From Candidatus Daviesbacteria bacterium (GTDB lineage Bacteria; Patescibacteriota; Microgenomatia; Daviesbacterales; UBA10151), in contig JACPKM010000001.1 of assembly GCA_016187025.1 (NCBI GenBank), positions 448,055-512,054 on the forward strand: DNA of 64,000 nucleotides. The letters run 5' to 3'. Below the pieces are notes generated by a model that saw nothing but the letters and a program-made list of their open reading frames with translations, did no database searches and had not been told where the DNA came from. Shown here piece after piece: positions 18,652 to 27,187 of the stretch (within the stretch, counting starts at the first letter, position 1; every line of letters begins with the position of its first letter). Both the position numbers and the translations under genes were made by a program.

Positions 18652-20136
18652 ATGTCATTTAACAGCAGCGATGGTGAAATAACTTACGAAAAGATAAAAG
18701 AAAGAGCCATTAAAGGTGTGGCTTTTTTGACCGGACGCAATTTTTTGCTTCAAGCTATTACCCAGATTTCATTTTTTCTTCTAACTATTTTTCTAAGCCC
18801 TAGTCAGTTTGGTGTATTTTTCTTAGTATCTACAGTAATTAACTTCTTTGCTTACTTTTCTGATATTGGCTTGGCAGCAGCTTTAATACAAAGAAAAGAT
18901 AAAGTTGCACAAGATGACCTTAAAACAGTTTTTACAGTGCAGCAGGTTTTAGTCTTACTGACAATTGCCATAATATTTATACTGACTCCTTTTTTTCAGA
19001 ACTGGTACAAACTTTCTCAAGAGGGAGTTTATCTTATTTGGGCTCTTGCCATATCTTTGCTTTTTTCTTCTTTGAAGACAATCCCTACTGTACTGCTAGA
19101 AAGACAACTTAGTTTTGGTAAATCAGTTCTACCTCAGATCGTTGAAACAATTGCATTTTATGCAACTGCTGTTGTGTTAGCTTTTAAAGGGTTTGGCGTT
19201 ACCAGTTTTACAGTAGCTGTTTTACTAAGAGGGATTTCAGGACTGTTATCTATATATCTTATACAACCTTGGCAACCAGGATTTGCCATTTCCAAAAAAT
19301 CTTTGCAAAGTCTTCTTAGATTTGGTGTACCTTATCAGCTGAATACTTTCCTGGCTTTAGTTAAAGATGATGGTCTGATCATGTTTTTGGGCGGAGTTTT
19401 GGGGACCTCAGGGATGGGGTTTTTAGGATGGGCTCAAAAATGGGGTTTTGCCCCTTTAAGATTTTTTATGGATCAAATTATCAAAGTCACATTTCCTGCA
19501 TTTTCCAGGCTTCAACATGATAAAGAAAAGTTATCAAATGCAGTGTCAAAGTCCATCTTGTTTGTTTCTTTAATGGTTTTTCCATCAGTTGTGGGTTTGG
19601 TAGTTTTGGCACCTCTTTTAACAACAGTTATCCCCAAGTATGAAAAATGGCAGCCTGCATTAGTAGCACTTTCTCTTTTTGGTTTTAATGCAATGTGGGC
19701 GGCAGTAACCACCCCTTTAACAAATACTTTAAATGCAATTGGAAAGATTCAGTTAACCTTTAGACTGATGATGATGTGGACAATATTAACATGGGTTTTT
19801 ATTCCGCTTCTGGCAATTAATTATGGTATTAACGGCGCAGCTTTAGGTTTTGCTTTAGTAGGTTTGAGTTCTGTGATAGCAATAGCTGTTGCATTAAAAT
19901 ATGTAGAAATTGATTTAACAAAATCAGTTATCAAACCCCTGATTTCATCTTTGGTCATGGGTATAGTTTTGTTTTATGTTTCTAGCATGCTTTCGCCTAC
20001 ACTGTTGAGTGTATTTATTCTACTTGCTTTAGGGATTGTTATTTATATATTGCAGATCTTACTTTTTCTAAGAGACGAGGTTGCACAGGGCCTTAGACAG
20101 CTAATTAATATTATTAAAGTTAAGGAAGTTAGTTGA
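18652..20136 (+). CDS. Wzx-type oligosaccharide flippase (MOP/PST family)
   Basis: The protein is 494 aa with about 14 TM helices. The N-terminus is typical of polysaccharide-biosynthesis-protein flippases (AIKGVAFLTGRNFLLQAITQISFFLLTIFLSPSQFGVFFLVSTVINFFAYFSDIGL). Confidence 0.7.
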   Translation: MSFNSSDGEITYEKIKERAIKGVAFLTGRNFLLQAITQISFFLLTIFLSPSQFGVFFLVSTVINFFAYFSDIGLAAALIQRKDKVAQDDLKTVFTVQQVLVLLTIAIIFILTPFFQNWYKLSQEGVYLIWALAISLLFSSLKTIPTVLLERQLSFGKSVLPQIVETIAFYATAVVLAFKGFGVTSFTVAVLLRGISGLLSIYLIQPWQPGFAISKKSLQSLLRFGVPYQLNTFLALVKDDGLIMFLGGVLGTSGMGFLGWAQKWGFAPLRFFMDQIIKVTFPAFSRLQHDKEKLSNAVSKSILFVSLMVFPSVVGLVVLAPLLTTVIPKYEKWQPALVALSLFGFNAMWAAVTTPLTNTLNAIGKIQLTFRLMMMWTILTWVFIPLLAINYGINGAALGFALVGLSSVIAIAVALKYVEIDLTKSVIKPLISSLVMGIVLFYVSSMLSPTLLSVFILLALGIVIYILQILLFLRDEVAQGLRQLINIIKVKEVS

Positions 20137-23100
20137 AAGTGAAAAAGATTTTAGTATTAATTGTTGCCTTCTTAGTATTTGTCTCTCAAGTTTCAGTTGT
20201 CTTTGCTGCGGAGAACTCGTTTGTAAATATTGTAAACCCAATAAGAGGCAAAGATTTCTGGGATACTAAAAACCAAGATGTAGATACAGTAGTTAAGGGC
20301 CAAGTTGAAATATTAAATAAATATGATGCTCCCGCTACTTGGCTAATAAGGCCTGATGCACTAAATGATTCTAGAATCAAAGAGATATTAAATAAAAGAA
20401 AAACAGATGAAACGGGATTGTTTTTAGAGATTACCCCAACTTTAACTGATAAAGCTCAAGTCAGATATAGGCAAAGTAAGGATTGGCATAGTCCAGGAAG
20501 CGCTTTTTTAACAGGGTATGAACAAGAAGAGAGGAAAAAAATAATTGACACAGCTTTTGAAAGCTTTAAGCAGGTCTTCAATTATTATCCTAAATCAGTA
20601 GGAGCCTGGTGGATTGATGCATACTCACTGTCTTATATGTCTGATAAGTATCAGATCACTGCAGCCTTAATTGTTGCAGATCAATACTCAACTGATAACT
20701 ATCAAATATGGGGACAATATTGGGCTACACCTTATTATCCTTCAATTAAAAATGCTTTAATCCCAGCACAGCAAACGAGCGAAAAAATCCCGGTTGTTTT
20801 AACTCAGTGGGCAGCCCGGGATCCAATTAACGGATATGGAAAAGGGGTTGAGGAAAGTACATATAGTGTGCAGCTCAATGATTATATAGATTTTCATGAA
20901 CTGGGAATAGATTATTTCGCCTCACTTGTGGATATTTATACCAAACCTGGCTTTGACCAGTTTGGTCAAATCGTAGTTGGTTTGGAAAATACCTATTCAT
21001 GGGAAAAATATAAAATTGAGTATGACAAACAGATTAAGCTGCTTTCAGAAAAACAAAAGCAGGGGCAGTTTAGATTAGCTAAAATGACTGAGTTTTCTGA
21101 CTGGTACCAGTTTTCTTATCCCGAGATTTCTCCAATGCATATTATTTCAGCCAATGATCCTTTGGGTAGTGATAAAAAGGCTGTCTGGTTTATGAATCCA
21201 TATTACCGGGTAGGATGGTTTTATCAGAATCCTGGAAGCAGCATACAAGATATAAGACAATACATTTCCTCCTCAGAAGAGATTTGTTACTTAAGAGGAT
21301 GTGATAAGCTAAATTTTGCAACCTATACTACCCGGGTTTTGGATTATGTGACCTATGGTCACAACTGGTTGCTTGATCAAGGGCGGATTAAAGGTTTTAC
21401 CATCGGTAAAAATAACGGAAACTATACTTTAAGCTATACAAATGAAGCAGGGGATAAAAGAAATATTGAATTCCTTCCTAGAGATATTTTGCTAGATAGT
21501 AATGTTTATACAATAGATAAGGCTATATTAGAAATTACATCTTTAAAATCCTTTGATACAAAAAAGGACCAGTCGCATTTATTTAAACAGTCGCAAATAA
21601 AAGATGTATTAAACTTTTCACTAGTATTAAAGTTTGTTGTGTTTCTAGGGTTTGTTGTAATTGCACTTTTGATTCCCGGTTTAGTGTTTACAAGGAACAT
21701 AAAAGAATTGGATCTTCCCTTAAGAGTTTTTGTTTCTCTTACCTCTGGGTTAGTGGTGTTTACCATGGTTGGATATTTACTAGGGATGACTAAGCTGTAT
21801 TGGCTCAGCTTTGTTTATATACTGGCTTTTTTGATTCTTTTCCTTAAGTTTCGGATCTATAACGAATTTGCCAATGTAAAACCAGTCTTTAATAAGCTAA
21901 ACTTTGCCATTTTTTTAACTGTTATATTAGGAATCATTTTCCAAATAGCTCCTGTATTTAAAAGCGGTATCGTGTTTAAAGATGGAATGGGTTTCTGGGG
22001 TCCCAATGGCCATGATGGGGTATGGCATCTGGCGCTGATTAATCAGCTAATAAAAAACATTCCTCCGGAAAATCCTGTCTTTTCTGGAGAAGTGCTAAAA
22101 AATTATCACTTCTTTTACGATCTGTTAGTGGCCCTAACAGCCAAGTTAACTACACTATCTGTTAGCGATCTTCTTTTCAGGTTTTTCCCAATTATTTTTT
22201 CTTTACTTCTTGGAATAGGTACATATTATCTATTTAAGTTAATGTTCCAAAACTATTACAACAATAATCATTGGAAACTAGGGGCAATATTTTCACTACT
22301 ATTTGTTTACTTTGCCGGTAGTTTTGGTTGGATTGTAGAGTATTTTAAAAATAAAAGCTTAGGAGGCGAATCTGACTTTTGGATCAACCAACCTGTTTCC
22401 TTTAACCTTAATCCCCCGTTTGCAATTTCTCTAATAATATTTATAGCCTTTATAATCTTACTTAACTTTTTAGCCAAAGGCAGAGCCAAGCTGATTCTAC
22501 TGCTTTCTGTGCTTTCTGCCAGCTTAGTAGGCTTTAAGGCATATGGAGCTATTTTGATATTTTTGTCTTTGCTGCCCTTTGCCCTTTTTAGTATATTCAC
22601 AAGAAAAAGCTTTAATCTGTTTGCAGTTTTGGTATTTGGGTTGATAATCGGATTTTTAATATTTGCTTTAGGCTATAAATCTACCCAAGCCCTTATTGGC
22701 GCATCCTCCCAATCACTTTTTATTTTCTCTCCCTTCTGGTTTATTCACTCGATGCTTGATTCGCCAGATAGAGTTGGTCTAACCAGAATCACTTTAATGA
22801 GAATGGTAGGCTATGAGACAAGCAATTTATTAAAAATCATCACCTCAGAACTAATAGGTCTTGTTGTTTTTGTAGTTGGAAACCTGGGGTTGAGGTTTTT
22901 AGGTCTCCTTGTATTCTTTAGAAAATCATTATTTAAAAACTTCTTTTTTTCCGAAGGAAAACAGTCCAACGGTTTTTCCCGCGCAGCGGGACAGTCCAAC
23001 GGTTTATTTACTTATTCTATGTTTTTAGGATTAGTATCATTCATAATTCCTACTTTCTTTATTCAAACAGGTAATCCTTGGAATACCATTCAGTTTTCCT

Positions 23101-23705
23101 ACTATGGTTTATTCATTTTTGCTCTTTTTGCAGGATTTGAGTTATCAAGGCTTTTGACAAAGTTACCAAAAGTTTTTGCATACCCTTTATTAATTCTGAT
23201 TTTAATACTAACCCCTATTAATTCAATTACAACGGCTAAAGGGTATTTAATTAACGCTCCTCATGCTTATGTTAGTAGTGAAGAGCTTGAGGGGCTACAG
23301 ATTTTAAGCAAAAAAGATGAAGGAGTAGTTCTAATCTATCCTTATGACAAAAATATCAGGGATCAGTTTGGGGAGCCTTTACCCCTGTTTGCCTACGATA
23401 CTTCAGCATATATATCTGCACTTACAAATAAACCAACATTTTTATCAGATATATCCCAAAATGAGATATTACAGACAAGCTATGAAAAAAGACTTGTAAT
23501 AAATAATGACTTTTTTAGATACCTGAGCCCAACTGGTGGATCTTCAGAAAAGATTAAAAAAGCAGGAGAAGTCTTAAGGCAAAATAATATCAGATATATT
23601 TATCTTCTAAAAGAATATAAAATAAAGGTTGATGCAGATAAGCTAAACCTTAAGAAAATTTTTGAGAATAATTCAGTTGAGGTTTATGAAAGATTATTAA
23701 ATTAA
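20133..23705 (+). CDS. A 1190-aa bipartite protein. It has a signal peptide and an extracytoplasmic domain of about 490 aa of unknown (possibly carbohydrate-active) function, fused to a GT-C-like polytopic membrane domain of about 700 aa.
   Basis: The N-terminal signal peptide is MKVKKILVLIVAFLVFVSQVSVVFA. The soluble region is rich in W and Y. The membrane domain starts near aa 497. Its motif FWGPNGHDGVWHLALINQL...NPVFSGEVLKNYHFFYDLL is paralogous to the minus-strand ORF 27188..29143. Confidence 0.5.
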   Translation: MKVKKILVLIVAFLVFVSQVSVVFAAENSFVNIVNPIRGKDFWDTKNQDVDTVVKGQVEILNKYDAPATWLIRPDALNDSRIKEILNKRKTDETGLFLEITPTLTDKAQVRYRQSKDWHSPGSAFLTGYEQEERKKIIDTAFESFKQVFNYYPKSVGAWWIDAYSLSYMSDKYQITAALIVADQYSTDNYQIWGQYWATPYYPSIKNALIPAQQTSEKIPVVLTQWAARDPINGYGKGVEESTYSVQLNDYIDFHELGIDYFASLVDIYTKPGFDQFGQIVVGLENTYSWEKYKIEYDKQIKLLSEKQKQGQFRLAKMTEFSDWYQFSYPEISPMHIISANDPLGSDKKAVWFMNPYYRVGWFYQNPGSSIQDIRQYISSSEEICYLRGCDKLNFATYTTRVLDYVTYGHNWLLDQGRIKGFTIGKNNGNYTLSYTNEAGDKRNIEFLPRDILLDSNVYTIDKAILEITSLKSFDTKKDQSHLFKQSQIKDVLNFSLVLKFVVFLGFVVIALLIPGLVFTRNIKELDLPLRVFVSLTSGLVVFTMVGYLLGMTKLYWLSFVYILAFLILFLKFRIYNEFANVKPVFNKLNFAIFLTVILGIIFQIAPVFKSGIVFKDGMGFWGPNGHDGVWHLALINQLIKNIPPENPVFSGEVLKNYHFFYDLLVALTAKLTTLSVSDLLFRFFPIIFSLLLGIGTYYLFKLMFQNYYNNNHWKLGAIFSLLFVYFAGSFGWIVEYFKNKSLGGESDFWINQPVSFNLNPPFAISLIIFIAFIILLNFLAKGRAKLILLLSVLSASLVGFKAYGAILIFLSLLPFALFSIFTRKSFNLFAVLVFGLIIGFLIFALGYKSTQALIGASSQSLFIFSPFWFIHSMLDSPDRVGLTRITLMRMVGYETSNLLKIITSELIGLVVFVVGNLGLRFLGLLVFFRKSLFKNFFFSEGKQSNGFSRAAGQSNGLFTYSMFLGLVSFIIPTFFIQTGNPWNTIQFSYYGLFIFALFAGFELSRLLTKLPKVFAYPLLILILILTPINSITTAKGYLINAPHAYVSSEELEGLQILSKKDEGVVLIYPYDKNIRDQFGEPLPLFAYDTSAYISALTNKPTFLSDISQNEILQTSYEKRLVINNDFFRYLSPTGGSSEKIKKAGEVLRQNNIRYIYLLKEYKIKVDADKLNLKKIFENNSVEVYERLLN
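22961..23005 (+). repeat. 15-nt direct repeat ACAGTCCAACGGTTT x2 flanking a GC-rich palindrome CCCGCgcaGCGGG, inside ORF 20133..23705
   Basis: The repeat is seen directly at 22961-22975 and 22991-23005. The palindrome lies at about 22978-22990. It encodes ...KQSNGFSRAAGQSNGLF... in a cytoplasmic loop. Confidence 0.5.
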
Positions 23706-25298
23706 ATGAAACTAAAAAACCCTTGGACAATACTTATTTCTATATTGATTTTTGCAGCATTTTTAAGAGGAGTAAACCTTTGGTCAAATCCTCCTGCTTT
23801 ATACGGAGATGAGCTAACTCTGGTTTATGATACCTACTCAATTTTAAAGACTGGCCAAGACCAACTGGGAAACTTCTTGCCCCTCACTTTCCCAATGGGA
23901 GCAGGTAGACCAGGTGGTTATATCTACTTTTCTCTGCCTTTTGTATTAGCATTTGGCCCATCAGAGTTGGGAATAAGAATGCTTTCGTTTCTGTCAGGAA
24001 TAGGAATAATAATACTCACCTTTTTTGTTTGCAGGAAACTTTTTTCTACTAAAGTAGCCCTAGCCAGTTCATTTTTGGCATCCATTTCTATATGGGAGAT
24101 TTCTCTTAGTAGGGGTGGGTTTGAAGCTCACTTTGCACTGTTTTTGGCTTTGCTTGGAGTATTTTCGCTTATAAAAGCATCACAAAAACCAATATTTTAT
24201 ATGCTTTCTGCAGCAAGCTTTGGCCTAACAGTTCATACTTACCCAACCTATAAACTAACCTTAGTTTTATTTTTACCACTGCTTTTATGGTTTTTAGGAT
24301 TCAAAAACTTTATTAAACAAAGGGATTTAAAATATATACTGCCTTCGTTACTACTTTTTATATTCTTTGTATTTTTATCTATCCTTCAAACATTTACTAC
24401 TGATTCAGAATACCGGCTATCTAAAATAAATGTTTTCTCCCAAGAAAAGGTAAGGGAGCAAATTATCCAGAAAATAAATTACGAAAGAAACATTAGCAAC
24501 TTGCCTTCCGCAATGACTAAAGTATTTCATAATAAACCAGTTGAGTATGGAAAAATTATCGGTGAAAATTATTTAAAAAACTTTTCAGCTGACTTTCTTT
24601 TTATTCATGGAGATAGAAACCCAAGACACAATATGGCTACTATGGGACAGTTGTATATAGCAGATATTGTATTGCTTCTTTTTGCTTTCCTTTTCATAAA
24701 AGATAAAGGTTACAAGTTAGTTACATTTTTGCTGCTGTGGGTAGGCATTGGAGCACTAGGGTCTATTTTTATTGATGAGCCTCATGCACTCAGAAATTCC
24801 TTTATGTTACCTCCTTTACTAATACTGTCTGGGTTCGGGGTTATTTCTTTCTGGGAAAATAATAAAGGTAAAAAAGGTTTAATCTGCAAATCAGTTTTAG
24901 CGGCAGTTTTAGTTACACAATTTGCCTTTTTTATTCAAAAACTATATTTTTTGTCACCTGATGAATACAGTCACTTTTGGTCATATCCTGCAAAGCAGGC
25001 CTCAGAAATTGCTTTATCTGAAAAAGACAATTTTAAATATATTCTTATCTCAGATAAAATTGACAACATTGAGTATGCTTACCCAGTGTATGCTAAAGCT
25101 GATCCCAATGAGGTAATTTCTCAAAACAAACAAAGGAAAAATCTGGCAGGCTATCAATTAAAAAAGATTGGGAATGTTTATATTGGTAATTTAACCTTAG
25201 ATAACATAGAACAACTGTTTGATCAGATTGAAGGAAACGCTTTATTTATTGGTAGCAGTATTGACCAGAAAGCAAATACTTTGGTACATAAAAAGTAA
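23706..25298 (+). CDS. GT39/GT83-family (PMT/ArnT-like) GT-C membrane glycosyltransferase
   Basis: The protein is 530 aa. The loop-1 motif is NPPALYGDELTLVYDTYSIL...GRPGGYIYFSLPF, typical of lipid-carrier-dependent GT39 proteins. Confidence 0.65.
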   Translation: MKLKNPWTILISILIFAAFLRGVNLWSNPPALYGDELTLVYDTYSILKTGQDQLGNFLPLTFPMGAGRPGGYIYFSLPFVLAFGPSELGIRMLSFLSGIGIIILTFFVCRKLFSTKVALASSFLASISIWEISLSRGGFEAHFALFLALLGVFSLIKASQKPIFYMLSAASFGLTVHTYPTYKLTLVLFLPLLLWFLGFKNFIKQRDLKYILPSLLLFIFFVFLSILQTFTTDSEYRLSKINVFSQEKVREQIIQKINYERNISNLPSAMTKVFHNKPVEYGKIIGENYLKNFSADFLFIHGDRNPRHNMATMGQLYIADIVLLLFAFLFIKDKGYKLVTFLLLWVGIGALGSIFIDEPHALRNSFMLPPLLILSGFGVISFWENNKGKKGLICKSVLAAVLVTQFAFFIQKLYFLSPDEYSHFWSYPAKQASEIALSEKDNFKYILISDKIDNIEYAYPVYAKADPNEVISQNKQRKNLAGYQLKKIGNVYIGNLTLDNIEQLFDQIEGNALFIGSSIDQKANTLVHKK

Positions 25299-25301
25299 GC
25301 A

Positions 25302-26528
25302 ATGTTTCATATCTTAAAAGAACCCTTTTACATAAACCTTCTACTGCTTGCAATTTTATTCAGGCTTTTGGTAATGCCTTTTTATTTTCACCCAGATATA
25401 AAAACATTCAACTTCCAGTCGCATTTTTTAAAGAGTGGAGTAATAAATATTTACACATATTTATCTGACAACAAAGAAAAGTTACCTTTAAAAGAAGACT
25501 TTGCTTATTTTCCGTTAACATATTTTTTCTTGGGATTTTATCAGATCATTGCCTCACCTATACTTGGATCAGAGTTTCAAACTTGGCTAACAGACGCTTC
25601 GGTCTCATCTGTTGAAAGAATTGGAGTTTTCAGATATCTTTTTATACTCAAGCTGCCCTACTTAATCTTAGATTTATTAATTGCATTTTTGTTAGCTGGT
25701 CTTTTTAAAGATGCTCAAACAAGAAAAAAGGTGTTTACGTTTTGGTTGTTTAACCCATTCTCGTTTGTAACCGTATATTTGTTTAGTAATGTTGACATAT
25801 TTCCCGTATTTCTAATAGTACTGAGTTTGTATCTTGCCAGTAAAAAACGGATTTTCTTATCAGCAATAGCACTAGGATTAGGAGCAGGTTTTAAAGCCTT
25901 TCCCTTACTACTTGCCCCATTTTTATATCTTGAGGCAAAAACCAAAAAACAGAAAATATTTACAATTTTAGGTTCTGCCGTCCTTTTTGCTTTAATTATT
26001 GGTCCCTTTATCACCTCATCTAGTTTTCGGCAGTCAACTTTAACATCAGGACTTACAACCAGAATCATCTCTTACGGGGTAGATATAGGGTTTGGGGAGT
26101 TGCTGTTGCCATCTGTTGTTTTACTTTCATTACTTTTTTTATGGAGGATGCTAAATGTAAATATTGAACTGTGGAAAAACTATCTAATTTCTTTTTTGCT
26201 CGTTTTAACACTAATTCATTTTCATATTCACTGGCTGCTTTGGGTTATTCCTTTTATGGCAATTTTGTATGCAGTAGGAAATAAAAATGATCAGATACTA
26301 GTTTTATCATTTTTGATTTTATCATTTGCAATTCCTCTTTTATATTCAGATAAATTTATGAGTGTAGGACTAATAAGCGTTATAGATCCACTGTATGCAT
26401 CCTTACCTACACCAGCATCAGCAGTCAGTAGGATTTACAAACCAGAAGTTTTGCAAAGTGTTTTACACAGCATCATAGTGGCATTAGGCATTATTTTGTC
26501 TTGGAGGAGTTTAACTAAGAAAATATGA
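25302..26528 (+). CDS. GT-C-like polytopic membrane protein with an N-terminal 'HPD' loop motif (paralog of 33705..34934)
   Basis: The protein is 408 aa with about 11 TM helices. It shares FHPDIKTF, LKLPYLILDLLIAF, FNPFSFV and GFKAFPLLLAPF motifs with ORF 33705. Confidence 0.45.
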   Translation: MFHILKEPFYINLLLLAILFRLLVMPFYFHPDIKTFNFQSHFLKSGVINIYTYLSDNKEKLPLKEDFAYFPLTYFFLGFYQIIASPILGSEFQTWLTDASVSSVERIGVFRYLFILKLPYLILDLLIAFLLAGLFKDAQTRKKVFTFWLFNPFSFVTVYLFSNVDIFPVFLIVLSLYLASKKRIFLSAIALGLGAGFKAFPLLLAPFLYLEAKTKKQKIFTILGSAVLFALIIGPFITSSSFRQSTLTSGLTTRIISYGVDIGFGELLLPSVVLLSLLFLWRMLNVNIELWKNYLISFLLVLTLIHFHIHWLLWVIPFMAILYAVGNKNDQILVLSFLILSFAIPLLYSDKFMSVGLISVIDPLYASLPTPASAVSRIYKPEVLQSVLHSIIVALGIILSWRSLTKKI

Positions 26529-27175
26529 AATTGACTTACTCGGCAATTTATCTTCCTGTAATACTGCTTTTAATCATACCTCTTGTCTTGTCTTTATTTT
26601 TAAACAATATCCCTAACGATTTTCAGCCATCTCTTACTACTACTCAACATATTTATCATGGTATGGATATAACTCAAGAGTTTGTCTCTGAAGATAATAA
26701 TTTAGTTGGAATTGGTATGAGCATAAAAAATCCATATTATAGAAACAGAAAAGATTTAATTTTTAGTCTGTTTTCTGCAGGAAAACAAGAGCTGAGAAGA
26801 GTAGTCTTGAACGGAAAAACAATTAAAGATGGAGAGTTTGTAGAAATTATTTTTGAACCAATAAAGGATGCAAAAAATAAAGATTTCATATTCAAAATGA
26901 GTGCACCCAACGTAGCTAGCCAAGAATCACTGGAGGTCTTCTTAACAAATAATAGCCCAAGTTGGAGTAAAAACTTTTTTGTTAAATCAGATATCCAGGA
27001 CACAGATGTTTCTTTCGTCACCCTACATGGATTTAATAATAGATTTGCTTTATATTTTGAAATAATAAAGGGTTGGATTGGAAGATTTTTTGCAGATACA
27101 ATCTTTTTTGCTTTTTACTGGATAAGTGTTTTAATTCTTATGATTTATTTAGTAGTAAAAAGTTTTTTTAGGTGA
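26525..27175 (+). CDS. Hypothetical bitopic protein. It has an N-terminal TM anchor, an extracytoplasmic domain of about 150 aa and a C-terminal TM helix.
   Basis: The ORF is 216 aa. Hydrophobic segments lie at both ends. I recognise no motifs. Confidence 0.35.
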   Translation: MKLTYSAIYLPVILLLIIPLVLSLFLNNIPNDFQPSLTTTQHIYHGMDITQEFVSEDNNLVGIGMSIKNPYYRNRKDLIFSLFSAGKQELRRVVLNGKTIKDGEFVEIIFEPIKDAKNKDFIFKMSAPNVASQESLEVFLTNNSPSWSKNFFVKSDIQDTDVSFVTLHGFNNRFALYFEIIKGWIGRFFADTIFFAFYWISVLILMIYLVVKSFFR

Positions 27176-27187
27176 TTTATGTCGGAT

